This document shows positions 53,701 to 61,000 of a DNA stretch of 64,000 nucleotides, in pieces; position 1 is the first letter of the stretch; each line of letters begins with the position of its first letter. Location: NCBI RefSeq assembly GCF_001194135.2, contig NC_068990.1:4046953-4110952 (forward strand), written 5' to 3'. The position numbers and the translations under genes are program-made. The notes under the pieces are model-generated. The model was not told where the DNA came from. It did no database searches and saw only the letters and a program-made list of their open reading frames with translations. The DNA is from Octopus bimaculoides (Eukaryota).

Positions 53701-56700
53701 CCAGGTGAACAAACATCTAGAGGATCTTAGGTTCAGTTCTTGCTATAGGAATAATTATCATTAAGCATGCTTTGTGTGGACAAGAAGTTTACTTCACAAC
53801 CAAACAGTACCATTTTCGATCCCAGAAGATCAGGGTTACTAATACGTTGAGAAGAATTTGGGAGACAGAAACTGGACAACATCACTCCCTTCCACTAATA
53901 CATTACTTATTCAGTGCCCCTTACCACCTCTAGAATGGGAGACGATTGATCTGTCCATAATCAATCCCCTTCCTCAACTAACATCTGTAGCTCTCTACTC
54001 CTTTCTCACTCATATTATGCTGCTTGAGTAACAAGGGATTGCACTGGATCTGTTGCAATACAATATACTCCTTCTTTTGCACATGTACTGCTAGTCAACA
54101 CATGCTCACACCTCTTTCTGCTGACATCCCTCACCCTCACCAGCAAACATTACCCACAAATATGGCTTTCATACATGGACACACATACATACCACTCAAA
54201 CATACACTCTCATCACCATCAACCATTCTCTCTCTCTCTCCTACCAAGAAATGTGCAGCTGCCATTAGTGTCTTTTTCTTATTCTGAGACCTAATTAACA
54301 AGGAATTGGAAAGAGCCAGCACAGCCCTTCCCCAGCTTCTACTAACCCTAACCCTAACCTTCTCAGCTACTCACATCTTGAACCTTCTCTTCCATACTGC
54401 TATCAGGTCTTCTCACTCCCTACGTCACTCGTTATAGACATCCATCACACCCTTACTGCCACTCATTTTTACAACTATCCATCCCCCCACTCTATCCCTT
54501 TTCGTTTTGCCATTAATATCTCTCTTATCACACCATACCATAACTCTTCTAGTACTTGCTCTCCTCGCAGTCTCTTCCCAACCATTTTACCCTAATTCTT
54601 CTTCTGCAATCACACTCTCTTCTACCCACTTTTGCCGCAGTGCTGGTTCGACAATAAAATGCAACCAGTACACAGTAAAGCAGTTGGCAAATGAGCGTAG
54701 ACAACATAACCACCGGCACTCCATCAGTTACAACGATGAGGGTTCCAGTTGACCTGATCAACCGAACAGCCTGCCCGTGAAATTATTGCGCAGGTGGTTG
54801 AGCATTCCACAGACATGCGCACCCTTAACATAGTTCTCAAGAAGATTCAGCTGACTATTCATGTGAATGAACTGAGTAGACAGGAAACTGTGTGGAAGCC
54901 TATCATTTGCTTGACATCCTGTATATCCACAGATGAAACTCAGAGTAGCAAAAGACAGCCTTCTCCAAAATAATATGTATGTTTGTCTCTCAACTTTGAC
55001 AACTGATGTTGGTTTGTTTATGTCCATGTAACTTGATAATTCAGCAAAACACACCAGACATAGAATATATACGAGAGTCAATTTGATCAACCTGAACCCA
55101 TCAAGACAGTACCCTAGTATGGTCACAATCTAATGATTGAAGCAAGTAAAAGAATAAAAGAAAAGAATGCATATGTAGCAGGCTGAAAGGAATGTGCCAC
55201 ATCACATCAATATGACATAGCCCACTACCAAATGTAGCGTGTAGATGTAACGCTTGAAGGTTCTCGCGTCGGAGTACCAGTAAACATCGAAGAATCAGCA
55301 CCAAGAAGGAAGAAATATTATTTACATACATTTATTCATTTGCCCAACAGGTAGTTAAAAAGACAGTAGTAATTGTAGTGATAGTGTAAAAAAAGGTTGT
55401 CTGCCAGTAGAGAGTGAAAGAGTAAGGAATGCACAGTGCTGACTAGAAAGGAAGAAAGTATAAAGTGACATCACTTTCTTGCAACTGAAAGCCTCTCTTT
55501 GCATGGTGAGTGAAGGATGAAGGGAAGTGCTGCTCTTGGTTAAGGCTGACACAAAAGCAGGTGCTGCCCCTTGGTCTGGCTGACACAAAAGAGGAAGAGA
55601 TAGGAAATTCTCTCTGTTACATAGACTATGGTCAGTAATGTAGGTCAAACCCTAAACAAAGGAGTGACTTTCCTTGACCAGCACAGGTCCTAGGATGTCG
55701 AGTGTTTCCTCATCAATCCTCTAGTGTGGAGGGGATTTCCCGCTCGTTTTAACAAGCAGCAAGCAGGTGGATTTGGTTTCAAATCTCAGGCAGGGTCAAG
55801 CAAGATCCTTACACACACTGGTTTCAAATCTCAGGCAGGGTCAAGCAAGATCCCTACACACACCACTACATGTGAGTGTGTGTGCGTCTTTTGTCAATGA
55901 GTTTTGGCAAGAAAAACCAAAAAGCCAATGCTCTATGAACAAAACCTTTTGTGATATTTGTTCTCCACTGGGTTACAAAATACTCCCTTGCTACTCAAAT
56001 AGTCAGAAATGCAGAGAACCAATGAATAGTCCTTTAGAAACCTGTAAACCAACAATACTATTGTTTACCAAATTCATTAAAGCTGCATGGTTAAGAGGCT
56101 TACTTCACAACCATATGCTCTTGGGTTCAGTCCCACTGCACAGCACCTTAGGTAAGTGTCTTCTAGTATAGCCCCAGGCCGATCAATTCTTTGTGGGTGG
56201 ATTTGGTAGATAGAAAATGAAAGAAGCATGTCATGTATGCATGCATGTACTTGTGTGTCTTTGTCTTTGTCTCCTACCACCACATGACAACCAGTCTTAG
56301 TTTGTTTACATCCCTATAACTTAATGATTCAGTAAAAATTTGACCAATAGAATAAGTACCAGGCTTAAAAGAAATAAGTACTGGGGGTGATTTTGTTTGA
56401 CAAAAATTATTAGATTGGTACCCTTCATCATCATCATCATTTAACGTCTGTTGTCCATGCTGGCATGGGTTGGACAGTTTGACTGGGCTGGTAAGCTGGA
56501 AGGCTACACCAGACCCCAGTCTGATTTGGCATGGTTTTCTAGAGCTAGATGCCCTTCCTAACGCCAACCACTCTGAGAGTGTAATGGGTGCTTTTATGTT
56601 CCACTGGCACGGGTGACATCAGTGTGACACTGGTATCTGCCATGACTGCAATTTTGCTCAGCTTGATGGGTCTTCTTCTCAAGCACAACATAATGCCAAA

Positions 56701-59149
56701 GGTCTTGGTCATTGCCTCCATGAGGCCCAACACTTGAGAGGAACTCAGCAACCTCGCCTCCATGAGGCCCAACACTCAAAAGGAAGTCAGCCTTCTTGGA
56801 AATAAATTAAATTTGTCATCTCTAATCAACTCAAAGTGAAGGCGCATTGCTCAGTGGTTAGAGCATCAGGCTCACAATCGTGAGGTTGTGAGTTCAATTC
56901 CAGGACCAGGCTGTGTGTTGTGTCCTTGGGCAAGACACTTTATTTCACATTGCTCCAGTTCACTCAGCTGTAGAAATGAGTTGCGACGTCACTGGTGCCA
57001 AGCTGTATCAGCCTTTGCCTTACCCTTGGACAACATTACTGGCTTAGAGAGGGGGAGGCTGGTATGCATGGGCTTCTGGTCTTCCATAATCGACCTTGCC
57101 CAGACTTGTGCCTCAAAGGGTAACTTTCTAGGTGCAATCCCATGGTCATTCATGACCGAAGGGGGTCATTTTTTTTTTTTTTAATCAAGATGGAAAGCTA
57201 AATTAAAAGAGCCTATGTCAGTGAAATGAAATAGATGATAAACAATGGACTTGTAACATAAACTGTTATACTAATCAGTGCAATCTTAGCAGCATTATAG
57301 TCTGCCACCCCCACTTCCCTGGCAAAGTAATGCACTAGACCCCTGCATATACAACTTCAACATGCATAGTCTAGCATTGGTCCCCTGAACCAGCAGGAAC
57401 CCTGGAGGAGCATACTCAGTACATCCCTGCTTTGCAACAGCTCTGACAATAACACGTAAACATTTAAAGCAACAAAGTTTCGATACATAGGCATGGCTGT
57501 ATGATAACGGTTACTTCCCAACCTTGTGGTCTAGGGTTCAGTTCCACAACGTGGTGCTCCAGGTCGACCAAAACCTTATGAGTGGATTTGGTAGATGGAA
57601 AATGAAAAGAAGGTTGTCGTGTGTGTCTTTGTCAAACCACTTGACAACTGGTGCTGGTTTGTTTATGTCCCCGTAACTTAAAGGTTCAATAAAAACTGAC
57701 CGGTTGAATAAGTGGTCTGAAAAATATATACTGGGGTGATTCATTTGACCAATACCCTTCAACGCGATGCCCTAGTATGGTCGCAGTCCAATGATTGAAA
57801 CAACTAACAGATAAATGATGTAAGTGTGTGTGCGTGCGCGTGTGTATGTGTGTGTGTGTATATACGATTTATAAAATGACCTGAAATAATCGAATATTCA
57901 TTTTTTATAATGAATAAAATATACACCTAACTATATGAACTACAAAAATATAATTTAAAATGTTGACATATATAGACATATTTCTACAATTATATAATAA
58001 GAAAAAGAATTTTGGGACGTCTAAAGATTTTCAAAAAAACATAATCTGTTTTTTGTTTACATATAAAATTATTAAAAGGAAATATCATTCCCCCATCACA
58101 CACACACACACACACACACCACAACAACAACAACTATTAATTTAATAAACGTAATTGAAACGACGACCTGGCAAACTCGTTACCACGCTGAGCAAAACGC
58201 TTAGCAGTATTTCTTCCGTCTGCAGGTTCTGAGTTCAAATTCTACCGGGGGTCATTTTAATCGACTTACAGGTTCCCTCAAAATTGCTAGAATTATGCCA
58301 AAATTTTCAGTTTATCTACTTATTTCTTTTCTTTTTTTTTTAATCCTTGAGGTGTGTGAAATATGTATATTCTTGGGGTAAGGGCCTTCCTTTACCTTCT
58401 AGGTTTTGAAAACGAAACTTAAGCTCAGCCCCGAGAAAAGCCAGTTAGGATAATAAATAAATGGACACAGGCGTGACTGTGTAACAAGAATCACATGTTT
58501 GGCACCATGGACAGCTGTCATCTGCTATAGCCCCGGGCCGACCAAAGCCTCAGGAGTGGATTCGGTAGAGGGACACTGAAAGACGGCTGTCGTGTGTGTC
58601 TGTCTGTGTTTGTCCCCCACCACCGCTTGACAACCGGTGCTGGTATGTTTACGTCCCATAACTCAGAGGCTCGACAAAAAGAGTTATACGGAATAAGTAC
58701 CAGACTTAAAAAAAGTACTGAGGTTGATTTGTTCGACTAAACCTTCTAGGCGGTGCTCCAGCAAGGGCGCAGTTTAACGACTGAAAAAAAAGGATAAAAG
58801 ATACATATATGTATGTATATAGCATATGTATGTATCTAGCACTGACAACCGGTGCTGGTTTGTAATGAAGCGTTTCGGCAAAGAGCGGCCGACAGAACAA
58901 GTATCAGGCTTTTAAAATAATGTATATACAAGTACTGGGGGCGATTCGTTCGAGTAAAACCCTTCGAAACGGTGCAACAGCATTGCCACAGTCCAAAGAC
59001 TGAAGCAAGTAAAAGATGAAAGATAACTGGAACTTTCTCAAAAGTTACTCACCTCTTTCTGTTAGCCGGCTTGGAGTTGCTTCCAATAAAATGAAAGTGG
59101 ATGCTGATAGAAAGACAATGAGAGCGATAAATCGACAACAGTCCTTCAT
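1773..59149 (-). CDS. EGFR: EGFR/ErbB-family receptor tyrosine kinase, 5' part (9 coding exons; 3' end outside the window)
   Basis: Manual splicing gives one open frame: MKDCCRFIALIVFLSASTFILLEATPSRLTERVCLGTDNG...NCTYVDGNLEL...GLRELQMPALTEISNGNV...CWGLGIDMCQ...[21 protein letters not shown]...CPKECVFEEDFVHAGNID...LRNLKIINGQKTL. Architecture is signal-L1-furin-like CR-L2. Exon sizes and phases match human EGFR exons 1-11 as I recall them. Family assignment is firm; orthologue versus paralogue is not resolved. Confidence 0.93.
4605..4679. repeat. 28-bp tandem repeat (about 2.6 units)
   Basis: AAAAATATAATTCTCAACATGTATATAT repeated. Confidence 0.85.
6130..6167 (-). ncRNA. Minimal type I hammerhead-ribozyme-like motif (Penelope type)
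   Basis: Minus strand reads CCTT-CTGAAGA-T-AGG-cctctgca-TCT-GAAA-TA-TA-AAGG. Core is intact, stem I is 4 bp, stem II is weak (3 bp with one G-U), and the palindromic ATAT replaces stem III. Confidence 0.45.
6491..6596 (-). CDS. EGFR: EGFR-like coding exon 8 (start of L2)
   Basis: Acceptor ttttcacAG, donor GG|GTAAGT, 106 nt. Encodes ECVFEEDFVHAGNIDILKDCVVVRGHIAIVEATFKG; HAGNID resembles invertebrate EGFRs. Confidence 0.94.
7868..7984 (-). CDS. EGFR: EGFR-like coding exon 7 (end of domain II)
   Basis: Acceptor ttattttacAG, donor G|GTAACC, 117 nt, phase 1-1. Encodes AYTSRYGDTCVLSCPEGTSSVKTDQYSTNVCEPCKKCPK. Not in the ORF track. Confidence 0.93.
8585..8875 (+). mobile_element. RTE-type LINE 3' end fossil
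   Basis: QLWYYGHVIRMSQERMARQI..GRSPRGRPRMRWLDNI, followed by a (GGAT)n tail. Confidence 0.75.
9990..10217. mobile_element. piggyBac-like MITE
   Basis: Ends resemble (TTAA)CCCTTTAGC...GCTAAAGGG(TTA). The ~210-230 bp interior is shared with copies at 31390, 32718 and 51499. Confidence 0.7.
10389..10527 (-). CDS. EGFR: EGFR-like coding exon 6 (dimerization-arm exon)
   Basis: Acceptor ttttttcAG, donor G|GTAATG, 139 nt. Encodes ACRHMNDDGACVESCPSIRNNRKRMRIHSGDQNKLTFQDICLRECP. Confidence 0.94.
11000..11520 (+). mobile_element. Penelope-like element fossil, GIY-YIG endonuclease region
   Basis: Degenerate frames give FIGETSCSIAER (about 11280-11318) and KVKILSMHLFDFTLRQIEEAIYV (about 11412-11480), matching the YIGET..R and R.I.EA..I motifs of PLE GIY-YIG domains. 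Confidence 0.7.
14159..14428. repeat. 270-bp near-perfect palindrome (hairpin) next to a (TA)n tract and gap
   Basis: About 130-bp arms centred on 14293 with almost no loop; about 10 mismatches, many of them transitions. Confidence 0.9.
19312..19368 (+). repeat. Degenerate (TTAGGG)n-like tract
   Basis: GGTTAAGGGTTAGGATTAGGATTAGGGTTAGGATTGGG..TTAGGGTTAGG; a shorter (CCCTAA)3 lies at about 54340-54358. Confidence 0.65.
20116..20875. repeat. Degenerate (GTG/GTA/GTT)n trinucleotide low-complexity tract
   Basis: Gives Val-, Thr- and Gly/Ser-rich pseudo-ORFs in several frames; contains a gap. Confidence 0.85.
21240..21800. mobile_element. Mariner (Tc1/mariner) transposase fossil with internal inversion
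   Basis: The plus strand from 21333 gives MTEKVEQGICIKSCQKLGD. The minus strand 21800->21395 gives GDTCSEAYARLQKVYGEE..QVYEWFRRFRDG..RRITIHEL..EDLGMRCMSAMFVPQLL..ENFLK (HTH region). Confidence 0.85.
23430..24260 (+). mobile_element. Unclassified insertion, possibly a LINE 5' UTR plus ORF1 start
   Basis: Interrupts a SINE head at 23430. It has a GC-richer leader, a T-rich spacer, then ATG at about 24010 (MAKINSAAALEWEVVPPKHWIKDLEKRTVV.., frameshifted). No diagnostic domain seen. Confidence 0.3.
24998..25119 (-). CDS. EGFR: EGFR-like coding exon 5 (furin-like Cys-rich)
   Basis: Acceptor cctttctAG, donor TAT|GTAAGT, 122 nt. Encodes [41 protein letters not shown]. Confidence 0.96.
25397..25480 (-). 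CDS. EGFR: EGFR-like coding exon 4 (start of Cys-rich domain II)
   Basis: Acceptor cattttatAG, donor C|GTGAGT, 84 nt, phase 1-1. Encodes CYGCIHGCHKLRTDTISCWGLGIDMCQT. It is required because joining exon 3 directly to exon 5 would create TAA. Confidence 0.94.
26830..26961 (-). CDS. EGFR: EGFR-like coding exon 3 (end of L1)
   Basis: Acceptor tcttttcAG, donor T|GTAAG, 132 nt. Encodes EISNGNVVIYKNNFLCFIDTIAW..EKAKC. Confidence 0.95.
27560..28200 (-). mobile_element. R4/Dong-like (RLE-type) non-LTR retrotransposon fossil
   Basis: VLRYSAPFLQWTK..LDIRTRKLLTM and QALRTNLIKAKINKTQSD..RIC motifs (RT thumb to CCHC region), with frameshifts. Confidence 0.7.
29266..29400 (+). repeat. (GAA)n polypurine microsatellite
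   Basis: About 130 nt of GAA/GGA repeats. Confidence 0.95.
30570..31001 (+). mobile_element. HERO-like RLE non-LTR retrotransposon 3' end fossil
   Basis: WKFSVDL..RPNFVI..KMIELTVPW..DLVEFC..GL..VEV..LGL..ASHYIWLKK, the PD-(D/E)xK restriction-like endonuclease signature. Frameshifted. Clade naming is from motif memory. Confidence 0.7.
31390..31600. mobile_element. piggyBac-like MITE abutting the exon 2 donor
   Basis: TTAACCCTTTAGC ... ATGCTGAAGGG; ends about 10 nt from the GTGAGT donor. Confidence 0.7.
31609..31968 (-). CDS. EGFR: EGFR-like coding exon 2 (receptor L1 domain)
   Basis: Acceptor ttctcatttcAG, donor G|GTGAGT, 360 nt. Encodes CLGTDNG..YSNCTYVDGNLEL..VTGYVLI..LQIIRG..GLRELQMPALT. 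Confidence 0.97.
32718..32942. mobile_element. piggyBac-like MITE
   Basis: Same family; TTAATCTTTAGCATT ... AATGCTAAAGGG. Confidence 0.7.
34446..34491 (+). ncRNA. Type I hammerhead-like motif with variant core
   Basis: AAAACGGT-TCGATGA-ACG-GGAA-CGT-GAAA-CTC-C-GAG-TA-ACAGTTTT. Stem I pairs 7 of 8 and is extended by 21-bp outer arms (34413-34433 / 34500-34520). The core starts TC instead of CT. Confidence 0.55.
37286..37582 (+). mobile_element. SINE family A, young copy nested in another repeat
   Basis: Nearly identical to 47276-47538; (GAT)n tail. Confidence 0.85.
39682..39749 (-). pseudogene. tRNA-Gly-like degenerate sequence enclosed by 13-bp inverted repeats
   Basis: GCATTGGTCTGATGGTAGAACATCTGCCCTGTGTACAGGAGTTGTGGGTTCATATCCCACTGGCAGCC. 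The 5' end resembles tRNA-Gly and the T-stem GTGGG/CCCAC is intact, but the acceptor and anticodon stems are broken. Flanked by ATGGATAGAAAAA (39663) and TTTTTCTATCCAT (39773). Confidence 0.5.
39854..39899 (-). ncRNA. Minimal type I hammerhead motif, left copy (A13G)
   Basis: GACAC-CTGATGA-A-GGCTG-gagggtatat-CAGCC-GGAA-CG-TT-GTGTT. The consensus GAAA is mutated to GGAA. Confidence 0.7.
40236..40281 (+). ncRNA. Minimal type I hammerhead motif, right copy
   Basis: GACAC-CTGATGA-A-GGCTG-gagggtataa-CAGCC-GAAA-TG-CT-GTGTT. The AACGTT palindrome has decayed to AATGCT, so U16.1 is lost. Confidence 0.7.
42345..42902 (-). mobile_element. Penelope-like element fossil, ORF N-terminus / pre-RT region
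   Basis: MEKIIHLDDILLKYIPIPTKDEYMKLLTYRTSSFTMHMQWKACFF ... EFEEDLMNIIRSIKF ... LVHSDKTGNIYNLSIEKYNELI. This matches the KNIPIP / RMRWKA.FF / FE.DL / ADKT.N.Y motifs of PLE ORFs; stops are present. Confidence 0.75.
45498..45535. repeat. Perfect 18-bp inverted repeat with 2-nt spacer
   Basis: AAAAGCCCATAATTAATT-GA-AATTAATTATGGGCTTTT. Confidence 0.9.
47276..47538 (+). mobile_element. SINE family A ((GAT)n-tailed, RTE-like tail), best copy
   Basis: Shared core GGCACATAAAAGCACCCACTACACTC..GGTTGGCGTTAGGAAGGGCATCCAGC..AACCCATGCTAGCATGG..GTTAAACGATGATG. Other copies at about 2500-2780+, 3478-3710-, 4040-4260+, 7427-7630+, 8015-8200+, 18900-19100-, 29920-30290+, 33190-33610+, 38530-38735+, 41783-41965+, 43390-43635+, 53263-53430-, 56424-56790-. 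Confidence 0.85.
48610..49300 (+). mobile_element. SINE family C (tRNA head + Nin/Deu-like central domain), tandem cluster
   Basis: AGGCGGCGAGCTGGCAGAATCGTTAGC..GAGTTCAAATTC..GTCGACTTTGCCTTTCATCCTTTCGGGGTCGATAAAATAAGTACC. Other clusters at 16540-16760-, 17250-17700-, 24260-24850+, 25595-26690+, 28200-28650+, 36720-36960+, 39250-39620-, 51090-51290+, 61490-61940-. Confidence 0.8.
51499..51735. mobile_element. piggyBac-like MITE (opposite orientation)
   Basis: TTAACCCTTTAGCATT start; the interior is the reverse complement of the other copies. Confidence 0.65.
52438..52645. repeat. Degenerate ~40-bp minisatellite
   Basis: About 5 diverged units of AAAGATTTTGTTA..CAGTCTAATTATATAATTA(G/A)C. Confidence 0.6.
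52690..53170 (+). mobile_element. RTE-type LINE fossil (RT C-terminal region)
   Basis: SLKMKGRLYDAYV*AAMLHGCETWAVNAEDMQRLE, followed by degenerate GRP/W motifs. A related fragment lies at about 55380-55640. Confidence 0.65.
55774..55863. repeat. 45-bp tandem duplication
   Basis: TGGTTTCAAATCTCAGGCAGGGTCAAGCAAGATCC(T/C)TACACACAC x2. Confidence 0.9.
56085..56420 (+). mobile_element. SINE family B (tRNA head + CORE-like CACCTTGGGCAAGTG + internal (GT/TA)n), representative
   Basis: Head GCTGTGTGGTAAGAAGCTTGCTTCCCAACCA..GGTTCAGTCCC and 3' half TTGACAACC..GTCCCCGTAACTTAG..AATAAGTACC. Other copies at about 6863-7020+, 13838-14035-, 23170-23330-, 37870-38380, 40385-40745-, 44020-44400-, 47030-47240-, 49305-49560+, 50000-50330-, 57487-57815+, 58465-58800+, 63355-63725-. 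Confidence 0.8.
56836..57165 (+). mobile_element. SINE family D (tRNA head + GTGTCCTTGGGCAAGACACTT central motif)
   Basis: A box CTCAGTGGTTAGAGC and B box GAGTTCAATTCC, then a central motif of the V-/MESC-type SINE style. Related fragments at about 13050-13200-, 46750-46880-, 51740-51900+. Confidence 0.7.
59053..59149 (-). CDS. EGFR: EGFR-like coding exon 1 (signal peptide)
   Basis: ATG at 59149 (A at -3, in-frame TAA 3 codons upstream). Encodes MKDCCRFIALIVFLSASTFILLEATPSRLTER and ends G|GTGAGT (phase 1). G+TT joins to V-CLGT in exon 2. Not in the ORF track. Confidence 0.88.
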
Positions 59150-61000
59150 CCTTGCTTACGTCGATCTCAGCTTTCAGTTTTCAACATACAACTTTTCCTT
59201 TTCCTCTTATTTTTTGCCAAATTGTTGCTGCCAGTGTGTTAACGTTAGTCCCCAATCAACCGCCTAATTTGGTTTCGTCATTACATGTTGCTGTTTTTTG
59301 TTTCTTTCTTTTTCTATTATTTGAACGAAATGTTTGGCAGTTATAGTTTTTAATGTTATTCCACTTCGGTTTTTGTTATTCTTGCCCTACCCTTTCTTAT
59401 ATTTTAGTTTGTATTTTATTTATTTACTTTTTTTATTTTCCCTCCTCCTGTTCGCTCTGTCAAATACGCCATCCATCCATCGTTGGGTGTATTATGTGAT
59501 AACGTTAAAAAAAAAGTACACTCCCTAAACAGTCTCAAATTATGCCTTAGAAACGATGAATATTATGTGTTTGTGTGCGTGCGCGTGAGACAGAAAAATT
59601 AAGTCGGTGGTATCAGGTAAAGAATTTAATAAATTCTTGAAAAAATAAACATAAACTAAAATTTCTGCTATGAGTAAATTGTAAATAGAACAATTTTTTA
59701 TATTATTTCTTCTTTCTTTTCTCACTTATTCCATTAAATTTCTTTTCAATTTTATTTTGTGTATTTTTTTGCTTTTTAAAGCAATTAAATTAAGGTGCGA
59801 TTTTTTTCTATTTTATGATATATGTAACAGTTATATTCCTCTAGTATATTTCCAAAGACAAATCTACATTATTGATATCATCATACTAGTTGTTATTTTG
59901 AAAAAGAAAACAAAAATCTATAAGTTGCATAGATAATAATCTATGCCAAAACGAGATTGGAATTGTTGGTTAATTAATCTATTGACTAATGTTTACAGGC
60001 GACCGTACTTTATCAGAAAAAAATGATATACACGTGTTCGTGTGAGTATATATACACGTATACAGAGAGAGAGAGAGATAGAGGGGGGTATTGAAAGGCC
60101 TTAAAGAGAAAACAAAAATTAAACCTAGACGAAATATAAACAGTAACGAATTTGCAAATTTTGTGTTTATATATATATATATAAATGAATGATTTGAAAT
60201 ACAATTTACTCGGTAGTTATAAAATGTATTTCTTTGCTATTCTCAATATTTGTAAGTTATATGTCTGTGTAAGCCTTAAAGATCTTAGAATTAAAGAAAA
60301 CTTTCTTCAAGCAACACCCGTAACTGTTTCGGTAACACAAGCTAATTTGCGGATGCTGGTGGTGCTGCTGCTGCTATTATTTGTAAAAGGTTGGCACCAG
60401 CTTCGTTTAAACATGTGTATCATACATATTCATTATCTTTTTTTTTTTTTTTAGTTGATTACTTCTAAATGATAAGAGGAAGAAGAAGTAATAAAAAAGG
60501 AAGAAAAAAAGGCTTTCGTTTAGTCGTGTCAAAAGTTGAAGATGTTGGTTAACAACAATAACGATGAATGGGAATGGAAGCCTTTTTTTTTTCTCTTTTT
60601 CGCCTGTCGAGTGAAGTCAGAAAAGTCGAGCAGTGTGTTTAATAAATTGGATGGAGACCAATAAGAAGACATTGGTGAGAGTGGGGGAGTGGAAGAAAGT
60701 CAATCTGAGAAGGGAAGTGGCATTGTCTCACTACAGTGCAACAACCGTTATGTATGTTAGTGTGTGTGATTCGTTAAATGGGACAAGAGAGGAAAGCAGC
60801 GAAGAATTGTTTTTAGAAAGGATAACGAGGATTTTATTGCCATTTTTGTGTGTTTAGTATTCCTATTGCGAAAATAATGTCATTTTGTAAGAAATTAACA
60901 GTTTCGTCTTTCTTGAAAGCCTCGTCGGGATGCGTTCACTTCCTCTTACCTGCTAAGCAACTCGAGTGATGCTTCGTCTTATTGTGATGATGGTTACGTC
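59150..61000 (-). promoter_or_regulatory. Probable 5' UTR / promoter region of the EGFR-like gene
   Basis: About 1.8 kb immediately upstream of the ATG, nearly free of the interspersed SINEs seen elsewhere and locally richer in CpG. It has a candidate donor CAG|GTAAGA at 60950 and a polypyrimidine-AG acceptor at 60465. The TSS is not identifiable. Confidence 0.45.

Noticed and set aside
56836-56915. SINE heads as functional tRNA genes (here and in families B and C)
   Set aside because: Cloverleaves are incomplete and run into SINE bodies; no bona fide tRNA gene was found.
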